From a virus: a stretch of DNA of 42,939 nt. Each line of letters begins with the position of its first letter. The stretch's first letter is position 1. The translations under genes and the position numbers were made by a program. Location: the IMG/VR virus record IMGVR_UViG_3300011888_000002, positions 1 to 42,939 of that record. One strand, 5' to 3'. Below, in pieces: positions 34,483 to 42,393 of this stretch. The notes beneath the pieces were generated by a model, which was given only the letters and a program-made list of their open reading frames with translations, ran no database searches and was not told the DNA's origin.

Positions 34483-35037
34483 TCAACGTACTCCCGGCTG
34501 ACGGTTTTTGCGCTTAAAGTCACTGTATGCTTCAGTAGCAAAATGACCGGTGCTTTCTAATACCTGGTTGTATTGAGCATTGCGTTTCACAGAACGGGCA
34601 CGTTCAATCCCGCTCTTAATCGAGGCGTGTAACGTCAACTTATCAACGCTTTGCAAAACACCGCTGGTATTGCCAATACGGAAAATATCCAGATTGGCAA
34701 AGTAGTCACGTGTAGAAGGGCGGTTACCATTAACCCGGACAGCGTAGTAGCTGAATCGGTTTTCCTTGCCAACGCGGTAAACTTCAAAACCATGCAGGTG
34801 ATGTACGAACTCAACAAAGTATCGAGCCTGTTTTGCATAGACTTCTGATTCAATTGGCAGTTTGAAAATAGGCAGTTCTTCAGTTTTGAACTGCAGGAAG
34901 CCTGAGTACAGATCAGCAAAATTAACTTGTGCCTGGCTGTTTAAGGGTGACCAGTTTTGGCTACCTTCTTCACACCACATCACCGGCTGGCCTTTGCTCA
35001 GTGCAGCAAAGATTTGTTCAGGAGAATTTAAGATCAT
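34483..35037 (-). CDS. Hypothetical protein
   Basis: 184-aa ORF with an ATGA overlap with the upstream small gene. Confidence 0.55.
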   Translation of the reverse strand: MILNSPEQIFAALSKGQPVMWCEEGSQNWSPLNSQAQVNFADLYSGFLQFKTEELPIFKLPIESEVYAKQARYFVEFVHHLHGFEVYRVGKENRFSYYAVRVNGNRPSTRDYFANLDIFRIGNTSGVLQSVDKLTLHASIKSGIERARSVKRNAQYNQVLESTGHFATEAYSDFKRKNRQPGVR

Positions 35038-35207
35038 GACTTGCCTCCCACCGCATACACCACAACGATTTGATTTTCAGTGGTGTGCTTAATAAGTTCT
35101 TGAAAGCCATTAAGAGCATCTTTCAGGGTTTCAGCGGTAGCATTGCCTGGACGAACACACAAAGTTTCAATAGCTATCATCAGGTCGCGTTTCTTTGAAA
35201 TATCCAT
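35034..35207 (-). CDS. 57-aa hypothetical protein (not in the ORF track)
   Basis: MDISKKRDLMIAIETLCVRPGNATAETLKDALNGFQELIKHTTENQIVVVYAVGGKS. TAATG coupling upstream and ATGA coupling downstream. Confidence 0.5.
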   Translation of the reverse strand: MDISKKRDLMIAIETLCVRPGNATAETLKDALNGFQELIKHTTENQIVVVYAVGGKS

Positions 35208-35671
35208 TAGATAGCCTCCACCAGACGATGCTTCATGATGTGACCAGCGATCATTGCGTTGATTTCGCGGTGATCCTGATAATCAGTAAAGTCGTTGTAT
35301 GGATTGCCATTTGCATCGAATACCTTGATTTCACCAAGTTCTATTACTTCTACATTGGTGAACTCGGAACCTGGCACACCGTAGTCGTCTGGATGTGCTG
35401 CAACTTCAAACGAAGTGATTTCCAAACGAAAGCCATCTAGATTAAGGGTTGCTTCACCGCGTACGTCATCAAGCATCTTTAAAGATACGATGCCGTATTC
35501 AGATTGAATATTTTGAGCTGGAGCTGCTTGGCTAGTACCAAAGTCAGCATGCCAACCAAACGCTAATGCGCTTACAATTAAGGCAGTAGCACCAAGAGTC
35601 ACCTTGAAGCTATTGTGTGGAGTCAATTTTGCATTCATAATAATTTCACTCACAGGTTGGTTGTGGGTCAT
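35207..35671 (-). CDS. Exported/periplasmic hypothetical protein, first gene of the leftward early operon
   Basis: Signal-peptide-like KVTLGATALIVSALAFGWHADFGTSQAAP. The start is either ATG 35671 or ATG 35638 (MNAKL...). Confidence 0.6.
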   Translation of the reverse strand: MTHNQPVSEIIMNAKLTPHNSFKVTLGATALIVSALAFGWHADFGTSQAAPAQNIQSEYGIVSLKMLDDVRGEATLNLDGFRLEITSFEVAAHPDDYGVPGSEFTNVEVIELGEIKVFDANGNPYNDFTDYQDHREINAMIAGHIMKHRLVEAI

Positions 35672-35720
35672 GCCTCAGGTTGTTTCCGCAACGCTGGGGC
35701 TTATTGTTGTCTGTGAAATA

Positions 35721-35749
35721 ATAGTAAACATGATGTTTACTATAGTCAA
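35721..35749 (-). promoter_or_regulatory. PL-type promoter with an embedded operator
   Basis: On the minus strand, TTGACT (35749-44)-17-TACTAT (35726-21). The perfect inverted repeat GTAAACA-TGA-TGTTTAC (35724-35740) fills the spacer. Related sites lie at 35758-35773, and a 10-bp palindrome TTGTCGACAA at 35786-35795. Confidence 0.55.
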
Positions 35750-35803
35750 GAATAAAAATAAACAAATGTTTAATATTTTGTTTACTTGTCGACAAACAGA
35801 CAC

Positions 35804-35827
35804 AAAAAAGACCGCCCTAGGGCAGTC
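35804..35827 (-). terminator. Intrinsic terminator after cI (minus strand)
   Basis: The minus-strand RNA gacugccc..gggcgguc forms a stem (one G-U pair) followed by UUUUUU. Confidence 0.65.
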
Positions 35828-35854
35828 CAATTTTCACAGGATGTTTACGACGGA

Positions 35855-36547
35855 TTAAGGAAGGGGGTTTTGAACATTAAAAGCATATGCTACGACACAG
35901 AATTCCTGAGTCATAATGTCTTCTGCTGTTAGGATTTCTTCTGGATACTCATCTTTATTTTCACTAACAATTCGAACACCACCTTTTGGCATGCGATATA
36001 AGTACTTAAATTTAAAAAGACCACCATGGTTGATCGCATAAATCTTGCCATCAATAATTTTTGTACGGCCCAGATCTACATACACGGTAGCACCAGCATT
36101 AATCACTGGTGACATTGAATCACCATAAGCTGTTAATGCATAAGCATTTTCAGGCTCAACACCATAACTTAAAAGGGTTGACTTACTAAGGCGCAACTTC
36201 CGTGTTGCTTCGCCAATTATCTCAGCATGAGTGCCTGAACCGCACGACACTAGAAAATCCTTATAAAACGGCACTTCCACCTCATCATCATCTACTGGCG
36301 TTTCTGAATCCCAAGAATGAACTTTTGCAATTTCAACCTCTTGAGAAGATTTACCACCCGTCAGAACATATTGAGTAGGTACGCCATATTTTGCAGAAAC
36401 TTTGATAGCACCAGCTTTGGAAATACCGCGTTTGCACCAGTTTGTAATTGTCTGCGGCAACTCATCCAATAGTTTAGCCAATTCACTTGGGCTGGGGTTC
36501 CCCGCAATCTCAAACACCCGAACCATGGACTTATGCATTTCGCGCAT
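35855..36547 (-). CDS. cI: CI-type repressor (HTH plus S24 LexA-like autopeptidase domain)
   Basis: The N-terminal HTH is SPSELAKLLDELPQTITNWCKRG. The C-terminal domain has GDSMSP (Ser) and FKFKYL (Lys). Divergent from the cro-like gene. RBS GGTGGAG. Confidence 0.9.
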   Translation of the reverse strand: MREMHKSMVRVFEIAGNPSPSELAKLLDELPQTITNWCKRGISKAGAIKVSAKYGVPTQYVLTGGKSSQEVEIAKVHSWDSETPVDDDEVEVPFYKDFLVSCGSGTHAEIIGEATRKLRLSKSTLLSYGVEPENAYALTAYGDSMSPVINAGATVYVDLGRTKIIDGKIYAINHGGLFKFKYLYRMPKGGVRIVSENKDEYPEEILTAEDIMTQEFCVVAYAFNVQNPLP

Positions 36548-36588
36548 TTAAACGCTCCACCTTTATTTTTAAATATTATCTATGAAAG

Positions 36589-36666
36589 TAAACAAAATGT
36601 GTTAAACGTGATGTTTGACACAAACAAACATTATGTTTACTATTCAATAAACATTGTGTTTATAAT
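36589..36666. promoter_or_regulatory. OR-type operator cluster with PR candidates
   Basis: AAACA-N3-TGTTT sites at 36589-36603 (imperfect), 36603-36617, 36625-36640 and a perfect ATAAACA-TTG-TGTTTAT at 36647-36663. TTGACA(36615-20)-17-TACTAT(36638-43). A consensus TATAAT lies at 36661-66. Confidence 0.6.
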
Positions 36667-36676
36667 AGGTCTGGCT

Positions 36677-36862
36677 ATGACAGATAAAGACATCATTCTT
36701 AGCCTGGGTGGACCAGCGAAAGTCGCGGACTTAATCCAGAGCAAGAATCGCCAACGCGTCCAAAACTGGATGGTTCGCGGAATCCCAGCAAGAGTAAAGC
36801 TTGAATATCCGCATTTATTTTTAAACCCCAACATTAATTCTTCAACCACACATGCTGCTTAA
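36677..36862 (+). CDS. cro: Cro/YdaS-type small HTH regulator
   Basis: The track ORF 36533 is trimmed to ATG 36677, because the extension covers the operators. The product is MTDKDIILSLGGPAKVADLIQSKNRQRVQNWMVRGIPARVKLE.. Confidence 0.7.
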   Translation: MTDKDIILSLGGPAKVADLIQSKNRQRVQNWMVRGIPARVKLEYPHLFLNPNINSSTTHAA

Positions 36863-36919
36863 ACTAATTATCAATCACTTATCAGTTTAAATAAACGTGA
36901 AAGAAAACAAGGTGTTCAC

Positions 36920-37411
36920 ATGGATATATCCAAGGAAAGCAAAACCGCTCTACACAAGATGATTCACCAATCAAATGGGATTACACCTAAAGAGATTGCT
37001 GATGTTGTTGGTGTGTCTCACAACACGATTTTGAACTATGCCAATCCAAACATGGAAAACCATTTGCCGAGCCTAAAGGCATTTGAAGCAATGCTGACTT
37101 ATACGCAAAACCCAGCTTCGTTAAAGGTATGGGCGCACAAATTAGGTTTTGCATTAGTGCCAGTAGAGCTAGCGGAAGGAAAAGATCATCAACTAGGTGT
37201 TCTTGAATCACTGCTTGGCATGAATGTTGGTAATGGCGCAGCGAATAAACAGGTTTTATCTGCTCTGGAAGATGGTGTGGTAACACCTGCTGAAATGGAT
37301 GAGACAGATCGCATCCTGGAAGAAATCGAACACAAGATTCAGTCTTTGCGTAAAGCCATGAAAGGTGAGTGTGCAAAGTATTTATCAGCTCTACAAACAG
37401 AAAAAGCCTGA
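36920..37411 (+). CDS. CII-like (CP76-type) HTH regulatory protein
   Basis: 163 aa with the HTH ITPKEIADVVGVSHNTILNY, second gene of the rightward operon. The family call is tentative. Confidence 0.5.
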   Translation: MDISKESKTALHKMIHQSNGITPKEIADVVGVSHNTILNYANPNMENHLPSLKAFEAMLTYTQNPASLKVWAHKLGFALVPVELAEGKDHQLGVLESLLGMNVGNGAANKQVLSALEDGVVTPAEMDETDRILEEIEHKIQSLRKAMKGECAKYLSALQTEKA

Positions 37412-37430
37412 TGGTCTAGATCAGGCTTTT
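37404..37430 (+). terminator. Weak intrinsic terminator within the early-right operon
   Basis: aagcctgat (37404-12) / atcaggctt (37420-28) with a short T-run. Overlaps the stop codon of the CII-like gene. Confidence 0.5.
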
Positions 37431-37463
37431 CCGGTTGTTCACTAACAGTCGAGGAAAGTAAAC

Positions 37464-38234
37464 ATGAATATGTTAACACAAGACAATTTTAACATAAACG
37501 AAGTAACGATGTCATCACCTGAGATTGTTGATTTTATTAACAATCATCGTAAAGAAATCGCAACTACTGAAAAGCCATATAAAGAGCTTCGTCATGATGA
37601 TTTCATGCGAAAAGTACCCAGTGTTTTAGGTGAATTGCACGCTCCGAAATTTATCGGAACGCAAACATATGGCAATAACAACACACGCCATATCTATCAA
37701 TTCCCAAAACGTGAAGCTTGTCTCATGGCTATGTCTTATAGCTACGAATTACAAGCACAAATTTTTGACCGTATGACTGCAATGGAAGAAGCGCTCAAGG
37801 CTAAAAATAGCTTTGACATCACCAACCCAGCACACCTGCTTCAAGCAATCGAAATTCAAGCCAAGCTCAATATTGAGTTAAGTGAAAAAGTAGCGGTACT
37901 CACACCTAAGGCTGAGGCACTGGAGACCATTGCTGATACTTCTAACACTTATTGCTTACGTGAATGTGCCAAAACAATTGGTATTAAAGAATCTGAATTA
38001 ATCCAGCTACTGATTAATAAGAAATGGATCTACCGTGATTCAGATCGCAAGCTCCAGCCGCATGCCCAATATGTCTTAAACAAGGTTTTCACCAATCGTA
38101 CATCACCAGTAATTGTTAATCGCAATGATGGCAAGGAACGTGTGTTCCTGCATATGCGTGTCACTGCATTTGGCCTGACTCGTATCACTGGCCTGGTCAA
38201 CAAAGTACGTAATACAAAGCAGGTGGCAGCATGA
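37464..38234 (+). CDS. Antirepressor (Rha-like N-terminal domain plus KilAC-like C-terminal domain)
   Basis: The N-terminal part has MSSPEIVDFINNHRKE...RHDDFMRKV...FPKREACLMAMSYS. The C-terminal part has YCLRECAKTIGIKESELIQLLINKKWIYRD. Confidence 0.7.
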   Translation: MNMLTQDNFNINEVTMSSPEIVDFINNHRKEIATTEKPYKELRHDDFMRKVPSVLGELHAPKFIGTQTYGNNNTRHIYQFPKREACLMAMSYSYELQAQIFDRMTAMEEALKAKNSFDITNPAHLLQAIEIQAKLNIELSEKVAVLTPKAEALETIADTSNTYCLRECAKTIGIKESELIQLLINKKWIYRDSDRKLQPHAQYVLNKVFTNRTSPVIVNRNDGKERVFLHMRVTAFGLTRITGLVNKVRNTKQVAA

Positions 38235-38455
38235 GCGTGGAAGTCAGAATTTCTAGTATAGATCGCGATAATAAAACCGTCATCGTTGAGGCATACAACG
38301 GCAACTCCAAAATATTCAGAAGCCCAATGAAATATAAGCAAGAAACCAAAAAGAACTTTGAGTCAATCTTAAAGAAAGAACTTAAAGCTTTTAGTTCTGC
38401 TGTTTGGGGGGGGGCGAGGGTTTCACATAGTTTATTTATTCAGGTTGGAGGGTGA
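38231..38455 (+). CDS. Hypothetical protein (contains a G9 tract)
   Basis: 74-aa ORF with an ATGA overlap upstream. The RBS of the next gene lies in its last codons. Confidence 0.45.
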   Translation: MSVEVRISSIDRDNKTVIVEAYNGNSKIFRSPMKYKQETKKNFESILKKELKAFSSAVWGGARVSHSLFIQVGG

Positions 38456-38458
38456 GTA

Positions 38459-39385
38459 ATGCATAAATATTTACACCATATTGGTGACTTCATGCGTGAC
38501 ACCGTGCATTTAACTGCTCTGGAAGAATGTTTTTACCGTCGAGCACTTGATTTCTATTACCTGAATGAAGGTCCTTTACCCAAAGAAACCCAGTCGGTTT
38601 TTCGTCGGTTACGTGCATTAACCGATGAGGAAAAACAGGCAGTCTTAAATGTATTGAATGATTTCTTTACTGAAGAAGATGATGGATTTCACAACAAGCG
38701 TTGTGACTCTGAAATCGCAGGTTATAAAGAAAATGTTCAGAAAAACCGTGAAAATGGGAAGAAAGGTGGTCGTCCTCCTAAAAAAAAGGAAGATAGCAAC
38801 CCAAATGAAAGCGATTCTGTTGATTCTGAAAACCCAGAAAAAACCCAGTCGGTTATTTTGGGTTGTGAAAATGAAACCCAAAAAAACCTTAACCATAAAC
38901 CATTAACCAATAACCAATTTATAGATAGTAGTAGTAATACGCGTGAGCAAGATTTTCCTTTGCCACCAATTCGGTTTTCTCAATATCAACCTGAGGATCA
39001 CAAACGCTATTCAGTTCTTGAATGCGTGAACGTATACCCAATTCATTACGACTTCATTGAACTCGGAAAACAACGTAATCCTGATCTACTAGAACAGGAT
39101 CTGATTTCTATGTTTACCAACTTTGGTGATTTCTTCTCAGCGAAGGTTGATAGCAAAAACACTCCAAGCCTATGGCTGGTGAAATGGTTTACCTGGATTC
39201 AAAACAACAAAGACGAAGTACGCCGTCAACGTGAGGCTAAGTCTCAACCTCAAAAACCAAAATCTTTTTCAGGTGCAGCAAGCCGTACTCAAAACGAAGT
39301 CAGCGACTGGATGTCTGAAATTGGCAGTAATGATCAGCCAGCAATGCGTGATGTGCATGAAGTGGAGGGTGTGAAATATGCTTAA
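38459..39385 (+). CDS. DUF1376 (YdaU-like) replication-associated protein
   Basis: YLHHIGDFMRDTVHLTALEECFYRRALDFYYLNEGPLP is the DUF1376 signature. A basic GKKGGRPPKKK linker follows. Confidence 0.7.
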   Translation: MHKYLHHIGDFMRDTVHLTALEECFYRRALDFYYLNEGPLPKETQSVFRRLRALTDEEKQAVLNVLNDFFTEEDDGFHNKRCDSEIAGYKENVQKNRENGKKGGRPPKKKEDSNPNESDSVDSENPEKTQSVILGCENETQKNLNHKPLTNNQFIDSSSNTREQDFPLPPIRFSQYQPEDHKRYSVLECVNVYPIHYDFIELGKQRNPDLLEQDLISMFTNFGDFFSAKVDSKNTPSLWLVKWFTWIQNNKDEVRRQREAKSQPQKPKSFSGAASRTQNEVSDWMSEIGSNDQPAMRDVHEVEGVKYA

Positions 39386-40154
39386 CGAATTATCTCAACA
39401 ACAAACTACTCACGCTGTACAGCAATTCAGTGAAACGGATGCACGTAAGCTGGTTGAAGACATGCTTCTGATGTATGGCAAGAAGTTCACGGATCAGTGG
39501 TCAGGTTTGAAAAAAAGCCAGGTGATTGAGAAGTTTGTCGAAAAGCTTTCTGAGCTGACTTATGAGCAGTTCCTACGTGGTTTAAAACGTCTGGATACAG
39601 CTGAATGGCCACCATCGATTCCTGAGTTCAAAAACTGGTGCAAAGGTGTGTATGAATATCAGACTCCGGATGAAGCATGGTTACAGGCATTGAACTATGA
39701 GAAATCAAACCGTGTTTGTCGCATCAATCGTATTGCCCGGGAAGCATTCTATGCCGTGGTTGGTCCATATGGCAGCTTAAAGCCTACCGATACTGTGCAT
39801 AACGTGTATTGCAGTGTGTATAAGCGACTGATCGCAGAAGCCAAAGAGCGTGGTGAGCCTGATGAGAAGCTGAAAGCGGTTAAACAGCTGTCTGAACCAA
39901 AGCAGCCTGATGAGATAGATCATCAACCTGTTCCAAACGAAGTAGCTCAGCAAGCGCTTGAAGAACTTAAAAAGCGCATGAATGTAAAAAACCGTCATGT
40001 GCCAGTACCACAGCGTCTACAGGTGAAGCCAACTCCAATAGCTGATCCATGGCCAGATCCTTTTGAAAATCCTGAGTCGTACTTGGAGAAGTGTGAAGTG
40101 GATGGGGTGAAGGTGCCTAAGGTTATTCGTGAGCAGTTGGGAGGTGGGGTGTGA
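39378..40154 (+). CDS. Replication protein with a lambda P-like N-terminal region (helicase loader candidate)
   Basis: WPPSIPEFKNWC resembles the lambda P segment PFLPSPGQFVAWC. Follows the DUF1376 gene. Confidence 0.5.
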   Translation: MLNELSQQQTTHAVQQFSETDARKLVEDMLLMYGKKFTDQWSGLKKSQVIEKFVEKLSELTYEQFLRGLKRLDTAEWPPSIPEFKNWCKGVYEYQTPDEAWLQALNYEKSNRVCRINRIAREAFYAVVGPYGSLKPTDTVHNVYCSVYKRLIAEAKERGEPDEKLKAVKQLSEPKQPDEIDHQPVPNEVAQQALEELKKRMNVKNRHVPVPQRLQVKPTPIADPWPDPFENPESYLEKCEVDGVKVPKVIREQLGGGV

Positions 40155-40396
40155 ACATACCGAGCATTCAACGTTTCGAAGAAATCAAAGACATCCTGGT
40201 GTATGTGGCCTTCTCTAAACATGAGGTCACATCGGCAGAGCTTGAAGAGCATGTGTGTGACAAAACCAGATCTTCTTTAAATCAGAAATTACGCGGTCTG
40301 GTTCAGGCGGGATATTTGGCTTTTAGATGTAATAACTGCACCAGATTGTACGTGGCTACTGAAAAGACCAAGCAGCTATTTGGAGTGCGAGGATGA
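40151..40396 (+). CDS. Small winged-helix-like protein
   Basis: GTG start. TSAELEEHVCDKTRSSLNQKLRGLVQAGYLA looks like a wHTH. Overlaps its neighbours. Confidence 0.45.
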   Translation: MNIPSIQRFEEIKDILVYVAFSKHEVTSAELEEHVCDKTRSSLNQKLRGLVQAGYLAFRCNNCTRLYVATEKTKQLFGVRG

Positions 40397-40752
40397 ATTT
40401 TGAAGAATTAAAACCTTACACCCAAGAGGAGCTGAACCAGCAATCAGTATGGGCTGAGCAGTTTGAAGAGTGGTGGGAGAATGAGGGTCAATATCAGCGT
40501 GCAGGCGGTGGTGATTATGAAAAAACCTTTGCTTGGTGGGCATGGCTGAATCGAGAGCAATCCAGAGAAGCCGCATTCAAAGAAATGGATGAAGTAATCA
40601 GGATGCAGGACGCTGACCTGCGGAAGTATGAAAAGCAAATCAGTGGCTTGCAAAATCGCATTGATAAGGCCCTGATTGCTTGCCATGAATCTGGGGTATT
40701 AGGCGTTTTCTTGGCGGTTAAAGTTGAAGATGCTTTGCGAGGTGAGTCATGA
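40393..40752 (+). CDS. Hypothetical protein
   Basis: 119-aa Trp/Glu-rich ORF with 4-nt overlaps on both sides. Confidence 0.5.
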   Translation: MNFEELKPYTQEELNQQSVWAEQFEEWWENEGQYQRAGGGDYEKTFAWWAWLNREQSREAAFKEMDEVIRMQDADLRKYEKQISGLQNRIDKALIACHESGVLGVFLAVKVEDALRGES

Positions 40753-41435
40753 ATCACCGTGATCTATGTGAAATTGGAGCTAAGTTTTTAAAACGCCCTG
40801 AATCTGCAAACGGCCACGGCTGTCACTTCACTATTGTTGAGGCGGCTTGCTATGGAGAAAACCCAGATGTGTTTGGTGTGCGTCATGGCATGAATCGAAA
40901 TGGTATGGGGACATTTTTACTTGAGGCTAAAACAAGTCGCTCTGATTTTTTGGTAGATAAAAATAAACCTCATCGTCTCAATCCAGCACAAGGCATGGGC
41001 AAGTATCGCTATTACATATGCCCAACAGGATTGATTAAACCTGAAGAGCTGCCGGACAAATGGGGATTGATCTACGTAAGCCCTAAAGGGATTTGCAAGG
41101 TTGTTGCTGGTGTTTTAGCGGTACCAAGAGTTAAGCGATTTAATGAATGGACAAAGAAAAATGAATCTTGGCTGGATTACAGAAAAATCCAAGAGAATCT
41201 TGAATTAATGGCTTTTGAAGAGAGAAATATTCAAAACGAAATGAATTTGCTCACGATGGCTTTAGCGCGATTAAAAGACCCTGAACAGATTCTTTATATG
41301 CAAAGGAACTACTCGAAGCTTGAAGCTCAGAATCAGGAAATGCAGCGCAAAATCTACCGGCTTGAAAGAGATATAAGCCTGTCTCAAATGCCGCAAATTC
41401 TAGATAAAGCAATTATGCGAGGTGCTAGTGACTAG
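40749..41435 (+). CDS. PD-(D/E)XK nuclease-fold protein (MmcB-like) with a C-terminal coiled coil
   Basis: ENPDVFGV ... TFLLEAKTSRSDF gives the D...E-x-K arrangement. Located in the nin-type region upstream of Q. Confidence 0.55.
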   Translation: MNHRDLCEIGAKFLKRPESANGHGCHFTIVEAACYGENPDVFGVRHGMNRNGMGTFLLEAKTSRSDFLVDKNKPHRLNPAQGMGKYRYYICPTGLIKPEELPDKWGLIYVSPKGICKVVAGVLAVPRVKRFNEWTKKNESWLDYRKIQENLELMAFEERNIQNEMNLLTMALARLKDPEQILYMQRNYSKLEAQNQEMQRKIYRLERDISLSQMPQILDKAIMRGASD

Positions 41436-41838
41436 CTACTCGATCGCTGAATACAAAAAAATGGTTAAAGCCACCAGATCGAAAGGGCGCTCCACACGCC
41501 CTAAGGTCAAAGGTGAAAAAATACCGAATGAGTTTGAAGCGAAGCTGGCCAGAGAATTAAAGACATTAAAAATTAAGTTTGAGCAAGAGTTTTATTTTCA
41601 TCCTAAACGTAAGTGGAGAGCTGATTTTCACTTAATTGATAAAAAGATTTTGGTTGAGGTTGAAGGCGGGATCTGGAGTGGAGGAAGGCACACAAGGGGT
41701 AAAGGTTACCTTGGGGACATGGAAAAGTATAACGCAGCAACAATGATGGGTTTTCAGGTAATACGGTTTAGTACAGATCAAGTGAAGTCAGGTCACGCGA
41801 TCCAGCAGATAGAGAAGATGGTAGGGGAAATACGATGA
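41422..41838 (+). CDS. Vsr/DUF559-like PD-(D/E)XK endonuclease, paralog of 164..604
   Basis: KWRADFHLIDKKILVEVEGGIWSGGRHTRGKGYLGDMEKYNAATMMGFQVIRFS. The start is uncertain (GTG 41422, GTG 41428 or ATG 41461). Confidence 0.6.
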   Translation: MLVTSYSIAEYKKMVKATRSKGRSTRPKVKGEKIPNEFEAKLARELKTLKIKFEQEFYFHPKRKWRADFHLIDKKILVEVEGGIWSGGRHTRGKGYLGDMEKYNAATMMGFQVIRFSTDQVKSGHAIQQIEKMVGEIR

Positions 41839-42323
41839 ATGCAGCAGTAACGATTATGCAGGCAATGGATTGGACTAAGTTTAGTGCTGAGGATTGGTTT
41901 CGTCAGTTTGGGGCTTGGATGAATGGGGATACCGAAACCATGGTGGTCATGGTGAAAACTATGCCTACTCGACGAATTACCCAGGAACAGCGTGAACGTC
42001 TTCTGGCAATGTACATGAGTGACAAAACGCTTAAGGATCGTTTATGCACTCAGCGCCGTGGCATTCGCTGTCAGATTGATGACAATGAAGCGCGTGCAAT
42101 TCAGCGAGTGATTATTGAATTAAAAACAATTGAAGATGAAATTGTTCAGGAATGGGTATCAACATTGTGGTCTCATTATGTAATGGGTAATTCATTGCGT
42201 GATATCGCTGAAAGCAACGACACATCAGTGCTCCAGATTCGCCAAGACTTGAAGTGTGGACTGGCATTTGTGAAGTGTCGCTATCCTCACTTAACTTTTG
42301 ATATGTTTAAAAAAACCATTTGA
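41835..42323 (+). CDS. Late-gene antiterminator Q-like protein
   Basis: WFRQFGAWMNG near the N-terminus, DDNEARAIQRVI, and a C-terminal HTH-like GNSLRDIAESNDTSVLQIRQDLKCGLAF. It is the last early-right gene and is followed by a promoter plus terminator. Confidence 0.6.
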   Translation: MNAAVTIMQAMDWTKFSAEDWFRQFGAWMNGDTETMVVMVKTMPTRRITQEQRERLLAMYMSDKTLKDRLCTQRRGIRCQIDDNEARAIQRVIIELKTIEDEIVQEWVSTLWSHYVMGNSLRDIAESNDTSVLQIRQDLKCGLAFVKCRYPHLTFDMFKKTI

Positions 42324-42359
42324 CTGTGCGCACGGGGTATGCGATATTCGTGATATAGT
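42320..42359 (+). promoter_or_regulatory. Late promoter candidate (PR'-like) with a second -10-like element
   Basis: TTGACT(42320-25)-17-GATATT(42343-48). TG-n-TATAGT at 42351-59 lies 11 nt downstream and could be an extended -10 or a pause-inducing -10-like element. Confidence 0.45.
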
Positions 42360-42393
42360 GACCGTAGTGTACGTTGATGCACTAAGTTGATTT

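Noticed and set aside
36533-36676. N-terminal extension of the cro-like ORF
   Set aside because: It would be translated through the operator/promoter cluster and would overlap the cI start on the opposite strand. The HTH protein begins at ATG 36677.
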